Source: Raja brachyura (Eukaryota). From it: a stretch of DNA of 64,000 bases. Positions 38,977 to 50,673 of the stretch are shown one piece after another. The first letter of the stretch is position 1, and the number at the start of each line of letters is the position of its first letter. The notes under the pieces were generated by a model. That model saw only the letters and a program-made list of their open reading frames with translations. It was not told the origin of the DNA and searched no databases. The position numbers and the translations under genes were made by a program. The DNA lies in the NCBI GenBank assembly GCA_963514005.1, contig OY740817.1:7936001-8000000 (forward strand), in the 5' to 3' direction.

Positions 38977-39019
38977 AATAGTGTATCAGGAACCAGTGTA
39001 TAGCAGTAAGTTACCGCAG
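38977..39019 (+). CDS. RBFOX2: RBFOX2 M43 exon (IVYQEPVYSSKLPQ), muscle-type mutually exclusive exon
   Basis: Long pyrimidine tract, ttatag| acceptor, CAG|gtatga donor, exactly 43 nt, phase 2-0; xVxQEP motif of known M43 exons. Confidence 0.9.
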
Positions 39020-39314
39020 GTATGATAGAAATGTGTGAAGAAACCAATCGCACAGATTGTGGATTGCAGTGAAAATCCTACTAACAGCAAAGACTGCAGT
39101 TAGGGATGGGAGCAGGCACCATATGGAGATAAAGCATTCCAGCAAGAGCTTAACACAAACGTGAACAAAAATCTCCCCTGCTAATTAATATAATTGGTAG
39201 GTTTATAACATGGGTTGTGTCGATTACTGACACAATGCATTTAATTTTGTATTATTAAAATTCTTATCATTCTATCAGTCTGATTAAAGGATAATGCTGT
39301 ACAAAGGCATTTAT

Positions 39315-39448
39315 CAGTCTGAAGAAGGGTCTCGACCCGAAACGTCACCCATTCCTTCTCTCCAGAGATGCTGCCTGTCCCGCTGAGTTACTCCATCATT
39401 TTGTGTCTACCTTTGATTTAAACCAACATTTGCAATTCTTTCCTACAT
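39315..39448 (+). mobile_element. Penelope-derived short element
   Basis: Same family as 9369-9460 and 60407-60545. Confidence 0.8.
39317..39348 (+). ncRNA. Minimal type I hammerhead ribozyme motif
   Basis: CTGAAGA-A-GGGTC-tc-GACCC-GAAAC-GTC intact; stem I ~2 bp. Confidence 0.65.
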
Positions 39449-40549
39449 ATAATCCGTTTCATCTCCTGTTTGGGTGGAACCTGGATATTCGAGGTGAGAG
39501 AACAGTTTTCCAATGTGGTACTTGAGTGGATCACTTAGCAGATTTTATTTATTACCTTATTGGAAGCAAATCCCCCCCATATCCCATTCCATGGAAAACA
39601 TTTTAACAGGAAATTATTTTTTTCCAGACTTCTTGGAACTTTGCAGTAGGGACTGTAAGAGAGACCCAGAGTAACACTAATTCCCAACTTTTTCCATCCC
39701 TTACAGCTAACCTGTTGCATATATGAATGGGTGTTTAAATATTTTTTGCTTCCCAAAAACCCATTTCATTGACTGCTGAAAGGTTGCAATACTGTATCAG
39801 TCCGTTTCACCTAGTCACTGAAAATAGATAATTATAATAGCCTTGTTTACACTGGGGCTTGCAAGAAATCTTTGAGGACACGTGTCTGTAATAAGGGAGA
39901 TGAATGAGGTAATAAAAACTCTCCTTTGAAAAGAGTGGAAGCAATATCATCTGGAAACGTGAAACCAGCCCTCAGTACATTAATCATGCAGGAGAGTGCA
40001 GATAAAACCTAATGGGATCCAAGCATTGAATTCCAATGAACCAAGTCACTCTTATTCACTCAAATACATCGTGGCATAACCACCACCATACTTTTCCCAT
40101 TAATTCACGCTTCACTGCATTTGTGCAAAGTCTCAATTGAGTGCCTAACTTCAGATATTTGGGAATTTCTTGTTCATAAATATTTAAATGCACTTCAAGT
40201 AGAATTGTCACCTTCTGATCACTTTTCACTTGCAGCCGGTACAAGAAATGTTCAAGGCCTCTGAGGTTCAGTTTCCATGGAGATACAATTATATAATGTG
40301 ATCGCCAAATCTCTAGTAAAACACAGAATCTAATCTAATAAAAACTGAATTTGATTCATTGATGTAGAACAATGGCTCTGATAAAGCAGACAGAATAGAG
40401 CTGCTATATATTTTATCAAAAAACATCCATTAATTCTGCCGTTATTTGTTTTGAAAGTGAATACCTGAAACAGTACATCCCATTAATCCCATCACCAATG
40501 CCTTTCTATGCATGACACTGAAGGGTGTGCTGTTGGAGTCCGAGTCGTT

Positions 40550-40848
40550 CTGCACAGAAACGGGCCCTTCAGCGCGCAGAGTCCATGCCAACCAACCACC
40601 ACACATTTATATTAATCCCATTTTATTCTCCCTACATTCTCATCAACTAACCCCTAGATTCTAGCCCTCTACTCCACATTTGGGATAATCTAGAATAGCA
40701 AATAAATCTACCGGCCCACTAGTGGGAGGAAACTGGAGCAGCTGGTGGTCACGGAGAATGTGCAAGTTCCACATAGTCAGTATTTGAGGTCAGGATTAAA
40801 CTAGATTCCTGGAGCTGTGAGGCAACTGCTCTGCCAGTTTCAGCACCT
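40550..40848 (-). mobile_element. Decayed V-SINE
   Basis: acagaaacgggcccttcagc...ggagaatgtgcaagttccac...gagctgtgaggcaactgc. Confidence 0.6.
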
Positions 40849-43048
40849 CCTTTTATACCAATTATTTCTTCAGAATTACAGATCTCTGCTAGATTAATAT
40901 GTTTTCAGCAGCTCGCCCAAATGGCTTTACTACTTGTGGATCTTGGCAGTGAATATTGGGAGGCTATTCACATGCGGCATACTCACTAACGGAGCCAGAT
41001 CCTGCTTCCCTCCACACACCCTTCCCACTGTTTAGAACATAGAACCAGCATTTCCCTTGTTGAGGGTCATTCCAACAATTTGTCTCCCTACTTGAGACCT
41101 CTGCCCCAGTCCCACCCTCCCAACACAATGTCCTTTCACACAACTTTGATTGGAAAATGAAGCTAGGGCTGGTGTTTTTGTCTTATTTTCTTACTGAGCC
41201 ACGAAATGCCCGCTCCTGCATTTCGCTACCCCTTGAAGAAGATACAATTATCTTATCTAATCTTTTTACCAAAGTTGCAAAAACTTATTCAACGAGTGCA
41301 TCAAATTCTACCTCCTCCCCGCCTCTAAATCTACTCTTTCAATTGAAACTAGAGTTCCTGAAATTCATTGTTAAAAATAAAATGTTTTTTAGAACCTAAC
41401 TATGTCAGTAAGGAGATAAATGTAGATGTATTCAAGATTTTTATTAAATCCTTTTGCTGGTCAGTAATGAAACTTAAAAATAAAGTTAATTCCCACAGGC
41501 AATTACCAGAAGTAATTTATTTTCCATAGATGCTTGACAAATATGCTGTAGAGTTTGGTTAGTATCTCAGCTCCCACCTCTAACTGCAGCAAGAACTCTT
41601 AATGTGGTTTGCTTGACGTGGACGTTAACCTCTTAGGTATGCGGGAGAGGCTGCAATGAATGAATGGTGATAGTGAATGTTTATTATATTTTCATACATA
41701 CATTATATATATGTATATAATACTGAGAATTGTGGCTGCACGCTCTAGTAATCCAGGCTGTTTCCTTCACTCGGCTTGCCATAGCAAATAGGGCTCAGGG
41801 CCGTCCACTGGAGAATGCTGGGACGGCCAGAGTTAGTCTGTGGATCATTTGGTTGGTGATTGCTAGTGCTGTAGATACGAACATTCGCATGCTCCAATTT
41901 CTCCTGATTGACAGATACCACAGCTTGACTGTTTAGAAAATAAAGATTCATTTGTAACTGCATATTTAATCTAATGTTTTAAAACTGCATTTGTTTTAAT
42001 ATGATCTACCAAACTTGGATTACAGATGGCAATTATACAACACATCTTTTTGGCAGTGCTGCTAAAGTAAAATTCCAAGCCGGGTTCAAAATCTGCTCTA
42101 GTTTTGCACATCTGTTAGACATTTCCTGTTCAACAGACTGCATTTCACCCACCCCCAGGAGTTCTGATTATAAAAGCAATTTATGCACGATTAATATTGG
42201 GTGGAATGGCAGTGAAGGCAATTGCACTTGGCCAGCTTAATGCTTCTTGGCTCAGTTCATGAAAGGCAGACATTTGGTGGGGGGCTGGGGGGGATGTTGC
42301 AACCCTTCAACAATGCTGCAAAGTCCTGAAGAGAAATGGGGACAGGAAGGGGGGTGTTGTGCTTGAAGAATGGAAATGTATAACTAGTCCTTTTCATTTT
42401 TTTTGTTTATCCCCATGGCATTAGGATTGGCAGCACTTGATATTTCTTTTCCCTTTGAGTCTCTACCTTCTGCTGAGAAGATCTAACCTTAAGATGGATG
42501 GATTAGTCTATCCTTTCACCATATGTGGAATTGAAATCAACAGCCAGTTACGTAGGGCAAAAATGCAATCCAGACTCTCTGTTGGTTTCATAATGGTGCA
42601 TAATATGCAGGATCAGCAGATTCAAAGTTACTTGCATGTTAGCCTGTGCGTTTAATGGGGCATAGGTTTGATGGGCAGTGGGTGTTGGCAGATGTAATTT
42701 GCCAGTGAGGCCCCGAGCGAAGTCAGTACCAGGCTTTTAGCTAAATTACTTGACCATCAAAGATGAAAATCTACCTGCAGTTTTCAGCGCCTCTCAAATT
42801 ATCAGACAATTCTTTGATAATTGTACAGTCAGATATTTCAATTGTCACTAAAAATCGTTCATGCAATTGTTATTTAAAAAAAAACATTTAAAGCAAAATC
42901 GACACTGCTAAGATTGAATGATACACCCATTAAATGTTATTTTAACATACGTAACGTATGAAACAAATGCAGTTTTCCCTTCATTGCTTCGGTGTGTGTG
43001 GTGTGCACATGTTGCAGTGTTCTGAGATATCTTCTTGACTGTTCCCAG

Positions 43049-43113
43049 GGTGGATATGCAGCCTATAGGTATGCGCAGCCAGCAACTGCTACTGCTACTG
43101 CATACAGTGACAG
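43049..43113 (+). CDS. RBFOX2: RBFOX2 65-nt exon (GGYAAYRYAQPATATATAYSD-S)
   Basis: ttcccag| acceptor, CAG|gtaaga donor, phase 0-2. Confidence 0.95.
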
Positions 43114-45619
43114 GTAAGAACCTTTGTTTGTTTGCTTGTTGTTTTTGTTGTTGCAACAAACTTTCTGTGCTGGATGCTATCATGCTGTTCATCCTGAAGT
43201 TTCCATTTTTGAACATTTATGATGAGAAACTATAATTGCATAATTTCTGAAATGTTGTTATAATGTGGGTTCATTGCTGAGAGCACTGTATGGATTGCCC
43301 ATGAGTGAATGAACAAACAGCACTACTTTATATTAGAGACAGTGTCATTCTTCACCACCTTACCATTAGAATAAAATCATGGTCAGGTCAAAGATATGAA
43401 AATAAGAAAAGTACCAGAAGGGGTAAAGGCACATTTAAGTTGTTTTATTTCTCTCAACGGTTTTGTGATTATTTTTTTCTCCGACTTATTCTTCCTAAAG
43501 ATATTGCCAAATGGGATATTTTTTTCTAAAGGCAATACTATTTGCGTTGCTTGTTTGAACTAACCAAGTCTTAATGGAGAATCCCTTGACTTGAAGCCTA
43601 CAGATGAACAAGTTAAAGTGTAGCTGGAAGGTTATAAATGACGCCAAGAAAGCCTTCCATCTATTCAGTGGTGGCATTTTGACATCGCCTCAACCCTCAC
43701 TGCTGGCAGGCACTATTGTGATCTTTAATGGCTGTTCTTCCCTATCTCCATTACCCAGTATTTGAACATTTGATATAAAATAAGGCAGGCAGGCAATACA
43801 AAAAAGAATTATTTTAATAGCCTTTCCCTGCACTGTATAATAATGTGTCCTCACTGATTCACCGAGGGGCTGCCTGGAGTTTAGCAATATTTGGGAGAGG
43901 ATTCTGATATACTCTGACATCTTCAGAAGGTTCTCGACGTGAAATGTCACCCATCCCTCACCTCCTTGGTGTGTTGGATTGTTGGTTGCGACGGCAATGA
44001 TAGAACAATCTGACAATGAGAGCAAAAAGGTTTCCTTGCCTTATTTTGTGGACTTTTAAAATTTGACTGCTTTCACTATTTGCCGTGATTTGTTTTGTTT
44101 TGAGAAATGCCTTATTTTTCTAAAGAAGCATATCGAGTTGTTTATGTGCCATGAATTTCACAACCAGTGCACCAGATGATTGATTTGATACGGTCAACCT
44201 AAAATCCCTTGAGGTGATCCTTCAGCCAATTCCAGACCTATAGAGAATTTCTGTTTTAAAGGTTACTAACATTATTTAGCTTCACTTTGTGAAAGGTATT
44301 GCGTCCTCAGAGTTTAGATTCAGTTTTCATCTGGAATAATGTAGGTAGCCAGCAGCGGTGCTGATGGCATGCAGTCTCTGACCCCAGTTCAATCCTGACG
44401 GAATGTTCTCCCTGTGACCTCACGTGTTTCCCCATGATGTTCCCGTTTCCTCCCACAAGACGTGGTGATTGGAAATTTAATTGGCTACCATACATTCAAC
44501 TCAAACATTCCATTAATCTTTATTGTCACACATGTACCTAGGTACAGTGAAATGCTTTGTTTTGCAGACAAACCTGGTAAAATCATAGATAGACACCAAA
44601 TGCTGGAGTAACTCAGCTGGATAGAAGGAATGGGTGACATTTTGGGTAGACTCCCTTCTTCAGACTGAGTCAGGGTAGAGGGAGTCACAGATATAAGGGA
44701 GTGCAAGTGATCATATAGCAGACCTCACCTAGGCAGTACACAACTGTACTACACCACAAGTGTATCTACGTCTTGGTGTAGAAGATGCGAGAGAGGGAGA
44801 GAGTAGGTCTCATGTAAATAAGTGCGGGAATGGGATTGTGATCGTGATAGATAAATAAGGCATTTCCTGAATCTTTGACAATGACATCTCACCTTAAGAT
44901 TGGTGATAATGAGCTTTCTCCAATTTTCAAATACTTAACCAATTCTTCTTTGTATAAGTCTGGTGCTTTTAATGTAAAGTCATAATGCTCCCTATTTAGT
45001 AATCTATGTGATTGAAATCCCCCTTGCTATAATCCTATTTCTTAGTTTATTTCTGTTTGCTTCCAATTTGCTAGCCAGAGGACTATTAGTTCATTTTATA
45101 TCCTCTTAAAACCTTTGATATTTTGAAACCTTCATTAAATCCATCATTAATCTTCCTCATTATAGTGAAAAAATAAATGTTAAACAATGTTAAACTTCAA
45201 TAAATCTGCCCTGATGTCTTTGATTTCACAGAGTTCGAATAATAGCCTTCTTTCTATATACTATATTCAGAGATCCTTGCAGTACACAAACTTTACCCTG
45301 ACCAATATGCTGTACACATTCAAAAACAGACCATGTTTAATGTTAAAAGACTGGCCAGGCTGCTTCTATGAAACATCCAGTGAGAGTGTTAGAATTACAG
45401 TATCTGTTTTTAAACTCTGTACAGGCAATATTATAAAATCTAATGTTCTTTTTCTTTAGGATGTTTCCTAAGTGCTTCCACATTTAAAGATTAATGTTAA
45501 TTTCTACAACAGGAAATATTACGATTCTAAATAATACCATTTGTCTTTAGTGTTGCTGTCCTTGCTTTCTTTGAAATAGAAAAGCCTACTCCTTGGTCAT
45601 GAGTTCACCTGTGACTTTG

Positions 45620-45902
45620 AATCTCTCTCTCTCTCCCCCTCTCTCTCCCCCTCTCTCTCCCCCTCTCTCTCCCCCTCTCTCTCCCCCTCTCTCTCCCCCT
45701 CTCTCTCCCCCTCCTCCCCCCTCCACCCCTCTCCCCCTCGTCCTCTCTCTCCCCCTCGTCCTCTCTCTCCCCCTCGTCCTCTCTCTCCCCCTCGCCCTCT
45801 CTCTCCCCCTCGTCCTCTCTCTCCCCCTCGTCCTCTCTCCCCCCCTCGTCCTCTCTCCCTGTCTCTATGTCTCTCCCTCTCGTCCTCTCTCCCTGTCTAT
45901 GT
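45620..45902. repeat. CT-rich minisatellite (12-mer ctctctctcccc then 18-mer ctcgtcctctctctcccc) running into the gap
   Basis: Directly visible tandem units. Confidence 0.9.
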
Positions 45903-46440
45903 NNNNNNNNNNNNNNNNNNNNNNNNNNNNNNNNNNNNNNNNNNNNNNNNNNNNNNNNNNNNNNNNNNNNNNNNNNNNNNNNNNNNNNNNNNNNNNNNNN
46001 NNNNNNNNNNNNNNNNNNNNNNNNNNNNNNNNNNNNNNNNNNNNNNNNNNNNNNNNNNNNNNNNNNNNNNNNNNNNNNNNNNNNNNNNNNNNNNNNNNNN
46101 NNNNNNNNNNNNNNNNNNNNNNNNNNNNNNNNNNNNNNNNNNNNNNNNNNNNNNNNNNNNNNNNNNNNNNNNNNNNNNNNNNNNNNNNNNNNNNNNNNNN
46201 NNNNNNNNNNNNNNNNNNNNNNNNNNNNNNNNNNNNNNNNNNNNNNNNNNNNNNNNNNNNNNNNNNNNNNNNNNNNNNNNNNNNNNNNNNNNNNNNNNNN
46301 NNNNNNNNNNNNNNNNNNNNNNNNNNNNNNNNNNNNNNNNNNNNNNNNNNNNNNNNNNNNNNNNNNNNNNNNNNNNNNNNNNNNNNNNNNNNNNNNNNNN
46401 NNNNNNNNNNNNNNNNNNNNNNNNNNNNNNNNNNNNNNNN
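45903..46440. other. Assembly gap (538 N)
   Basis: Run of n. Confidence 1.
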
Positions 46441-46639
46441 CTCTACCCCTCACACAACAGAACAGCAAACTGGTTATTTTCGGGGCAGATTGGTAACCAT
46501 TGTGAAAATGCTGTTTGTTGAAAGGGTTAATATGGAAACAAGTAGAAAATAGACTCAAACATTGCTGTTAATGCTTAATACCATATAAGCCAAGCATTTC
46601 TGTTTTTACATCGCAAATAAATGCCTTGCCTCTTTTCAG

Positions 46640-46712
46640 CTATGGGCGTGTTTACACGGCAGATCCCTATCACACACTTGCTCCTGCGCCTACCTATGGA
46701 GTCAGCGCTGTG
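46640..46712 (+). CDS. RBFOX2: RBFOX2 73-nt exon (YGRVYTADPYHTLAPAPTYGVSAV)
   Basis: tcttttcag| acceptor, GTG|gtaagt donor, phase 2-0; RVYTADPYH is RBFOX2-like. Confidence 0.95.
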
Positions 46713-47206
46713 GTAAGTCAACCATTATATTTGTTTCTTTAAACAACAAAGTAGTGAATTACCGTCTTTGACATTAAACACACTGCAGGATTATAAAAGA
46801 TTGAAATGGGCACCAGGTCAAATGTCATGTCAGGGGAGGCCTGGATGGCTGAAACGGTAGAAAGTGGTTGATGCAACAAAGTGACAAAGATTCCTGCTGG
46901 ATGGGATGACACCAGACACAGCATTACAATCATTGAAAGATATGCCGTTGCAGAAAATGCTTATGCGACGATTGGGTGGGTAAAATTGGAACCAAATTAG
47001 GGCAGACCCATGAAACATCACAACTGAGAAGAGACGTTGGAAGACATAGGTGTGACAAATCCTGTCATGAACTGCAGAAAGATTCATAGAGAAAGGTGTA
47101 AGATGCCCAAAAGTCGGTGTATTGTCAGTCATTGCTGTGACAAGAGCGGAAACCTGTTAGGAGATTGAAAAGTGGAATTCTGGCCTTGGTCAAATTGACG
47201 TATGAG

Positions 47207-47508
47207 TTTTACTTTAGAGGTACAGTGGGGAAACAGGCCCTTCGGCCCACCGAGTCCATGCCGACCAGCGATTCCCGCACACCAGCACTATCCTACACAC
47301 ACTAGGGAATATTTACAATTTTACCAAACCAATTAGCCAACAAACTCGTATGTCTTTGGATTGTGGGGGGAAACTGAAGCTCCTGGAGAAAACCCACGCA
47401 AGTCACGGGAAGAACGTACAAGTTCCATACAGACAGCACCCGTACTCAGGATCGAACCCGGATCTCTGGCGCTGTGAGGCAGCAACTCTACCGCTACGCC
47501 ACCGTGCC
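47207..47508 (-). mobile_element. tRNA-derived V-SINE (HE1-like), near full length
   Basis: Minus strand ggcacggtggcgtagcggtag (A box), gggttcgatcc (B box), V-domain core, CR1-like tail. Confidence 0.85.
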
Positions 47509-48042
47509 TTGGGTTTCACAGCTACAAACAGATTCAGTTCCACAGCTAGTCTTGATGAGAATTGATTTCAACTTCTAAGCTGATAATAAATATATTTGTT
47601 GACAGTACTTCAAGGTCAGTTCTATACCTTATTTGAATTCACCTCGAAGCACTTTTTGAAATGTAATTTGTTTGTGTTTTACCATCAGGTCTGTAGATTA
47701 CATGATGGTTGTTGAGGCAGAGTAGGACCTGTGCACACTGCCACAGGTGGTGCAAGAGGTGTGGTGGCTTGGCAAGTGGTGCATTCACTCCGTCATATGC
47801 TTTGGTTTTTTTTGTTCCCGAGTATCCATTTGCCATCCAGAACGCTGCTGTGAACCAGGGATTCCCATGTGTCATTGGGCATGCTGCGCTTTTACAAGGG
47901 AGCTTTGAGGGGGGGGGGGCCTTGAATCACATTGGGTTTTCTCCCTTTTATCCACTTGGTGATCTTTTACGGTGACAAAGCTCTGAGTGCAGTATCTGTT
48001 TCAAGAGTCTGGTGTTGGGGATATAAACAATGTAGCTTTGGA

Positions 48043-48340
48043 TGGCGTAGCGCCAGAGTAGTTACTCCACAGCGCCTCACAGCACCAGAGACCCGAGTTC
48101 AATCCTGATTACGGGTGCAATCTGTACAGAGTTTGTATGTTCTCCCCCTGACCACGTTGGTTTTCTCCCGGTGCTCCAGTTTAATCCCACGCTCAAAAGA
48201 AGTACAGGTTTGTAGGTTAATTGGCTTGGTAAAATTTTACATTGTCCTTGGTGTGTGGCATAGTGTTAGTGTAGCAGGGTGATCGCTAGACAGCGTGGAC
48301 TTGGTGGCCGAAGGGCCTGTTTGCATGCTGTATCTCCAAA
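48043..48340 (+). mobile_element. tRNA-derived V-SINE
   Basis: tggcgtagcg A-box-like, gagttcaatcc B-box-like, ggccgaagggcctgttt tail. Confidence 0.8.
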
Positions 48341-48850
48341 TTTGTGGAAGGACATTCTTGCTATTGAGGGAGTGCAGCGTAGGTTCACGAGGTTAATTCC
48401 CGGAATGGCGGGACTGTCCCATGTCGAAAGAATGGAGCGACTGGGCTTGTATACACTGGAATTTCGAAGGATGAGAGGGGATCTTATTGAAACATATAAG
48501 ATTATTAAGGGATTAGACACGCTGGAGGCAGGAAACATGTTCCCGATGTTTGGGGAGTCCACAACCAGGAGCTACAGTTTAAGAATAAGGGGTAGGCCAT
48601 TTAGAACGTAGATGAGGAAGTCCTTTTTCACCCAGAGGGTTGTGAATTTGTGGAATACTCAGAAGGCAGTGGAGGCCAATTCTCTGGATGCTTTCAAGAG
48701 AGTTAGATAGAGCTCTTAAAGATAGTGGAGTCAAGGGATATGGGGAGAAGGCAGGAATGTTGTATCGATTGTGGATGATCAGCAATGATCACAGCGAATT
48801 GCGGTGCTGGCCCGAAGGGCTGAATGGCCTACTCCTGCACCTATTGTCTA
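48334..48850 (+). mobile_element. CR1 LINE 3' fragment abutting the SINE
   Basis: SPNLWKDILAIEGVQRRFTRLIPG...RGDLIETYKIIKG; ctattgtcta tail. Confidence 0.88.
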
Positions 48851-48961
48851 AGTTGAAAGCCCACTCATCAAAGCTGGCTGAGTGTAATTAGAGTCACAAC
48901 TCACAAGAGGAAGCTGACATCTATCCTGCCAACGCTTTTGGAGGATGTTTCCAAAACAATG

Positions 48962-49135
48962 AACCTTTCTCCCACCTTCTCCCTGTAACCTTTGATGCCT
49001 TTACTAATGAAGAATCCATCAGTCTCTGCTTTAAAAACACCCAATGTATTGGCTTCCACTGCTGTCTGTGGCAATGAATTCCACAGACTCACTACCCTCT
49101 GGCTAAATAAATTCCTCCTTGTCTCCATTCTAAGA
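48962..49135 (-). mobile_element. CR1 3' fragment
   Basis: RRNLFSQRVVSLWNSLPQTAVEA. Confidence 0.75.
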
Positions 49136-49827
49136 CATTCTAAGAGCAACATATTTGCTCCTGTTCTTTAGAATGTGGAAATACAAAGAAAATAGTTTTG
49201 TTTAAAAACATTTAATCAGTGAGGTTGAGTAAATGATTGTGGTCTTCAAATTAATAAAAAGCAACCACCTTTCTGGTTTGAACCTCTGGGAAGTGGGAAG
49301 GCGATAAAGAATCAGGGCATGAAATTGTTTGAATTTCTGTCTGCAGACATACTCACATTGTTAGTGTTATCGGGGAACCTGCAAAATGTTTTAATTTCAC
49401 CTTGTCTGGGAGATTGTGCGCACTCAACTATCTGATCAACAAATCTCTGGAACAATTCTATAGGCACTAGGTTCAATTAAAGTGATTGATTGTTTTTTGA
49501 TGGTTAATGCGTCTATCCAAGTTTCAATTGAATTCCTGTACTGCTGATTGATGAGGAGGCCAGGTACAAAATGGTTATTTCTGCTTCTCTCCACAACTAT
49601 CAAAATAAAACTTGCCAGGCTTGAGAACTTCTCACAGACGTACTTCTCAGTTCTCTGCTGGTTCTTTTATTGACTTAATTTTAACTCTCCTGACTGAGCA
49701 CAGACTGACTGAACAGTGAGCCAGCTGTTGACGCTGCATATTGACCACCTGAAACTACAGGTCACGGGTCAGGGCAATTGAGTTTCTTACCGAAGGTCTC
49801 CTATGTTTATCCTAATGGTTTGAATTG

Positions 49828-50111
49828 AGCAGCGGTAGAGTTGCTTCCTTACAGTGCTTGCAGCACCAGAGACCCGGGTTCGATCCCGACTACTGGCGCT
49901 GTTTGTACGTTCTCCCCATGGGTTTTCTCCGAGATCTTCGATTTCCTCCCACACTCCAAAGACGTACAGGTTTGTAGGTTAATTGGCTTGGTGTATGTGT
50001 AACTTGTCCCTAATGTGTGTAGGATAGTGTTAATGTGCAGAAATCGCTGGTTGGTGCGTACTCAGTGGGCCGAAGGGCCTGTTTCCGTGCTGTATCCCTA
50101 AACTAAACTAC
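49828..50111 (+). mobile_element. tRNA-derived V-SINE
   Basis: gcagcggtagag, gggttcgatccc B box, (ctaaa)n tail. Confidence 0.85.
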
Positions 50112-50673
50112 ATGGGAGATTTCCTGAATGTGTTGACTTGAGATGAGATTGAATAGAGGTATCTTGGACTGTTTAATCACTTATTTCAGCCAGGGCAACA
50201 ATTGATTCACAGTGCAGTTCAGGAGGGGGGAGATATAGAGCAACCATTCTCAATCGCTTTCCATTCTCTCCATACGAGAGAATAAATATCTTATCAAGTG
50301 TGGGCAAAATTAAGTTCTGGTGTATGCTCCAAAACTCCTAAATAATCAGCCAGCACTCACCCATATGAGTTAAAGCAGCAGTACTGAAGATAGGAACTGG
50401 CATTCCAAACTGCATTGGAGAAGAGATGGTCACAGATCAAATAAAATACCAAATCCTTCATTGCACTTTGCTTTGCAGTTGTTACAGTCCCTGCAGCTTT
50501 ATTTTAATGCAAGTAGATTAAAAGATAGTTTCCCTCTTTCATCTCTTCAAACTGTAAATCCTGCTAATATGTGGTTCTCTCTAATGACCCCTGGTCATTA
50601 ATTCCAGGCGTTAAGTGTCTCCAGGCTATTCAAACATGGCAACAGGTTTGAGCCTGTCTTTATTTGACATGTA

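Noticed and set aside
41590-41636. 47-nt exon-like segment (ctgcag|...ttag|gtatgc) in the intron where mammalian RBFOX2 has a short frameshifting exon
   Set aside because: No similarity to that exon as recalled, in-frame TGA, and such site pairs arise by chance
45593-46558. Long ORFs of 209-319 aa
   Set aside because: Artefacts of the minisatellite plus the N gap
47840-47880. Weak resemblance (NQGFP) to the reverse complement of ~57325-57365
   Set aside because: Too short and too mismatched to distinguish from chance
47207-50111. tRNA-like A/B boxes
   Set aside because: They are heads of tRNA-derived SINEs, not cloverleaf tRNA genes
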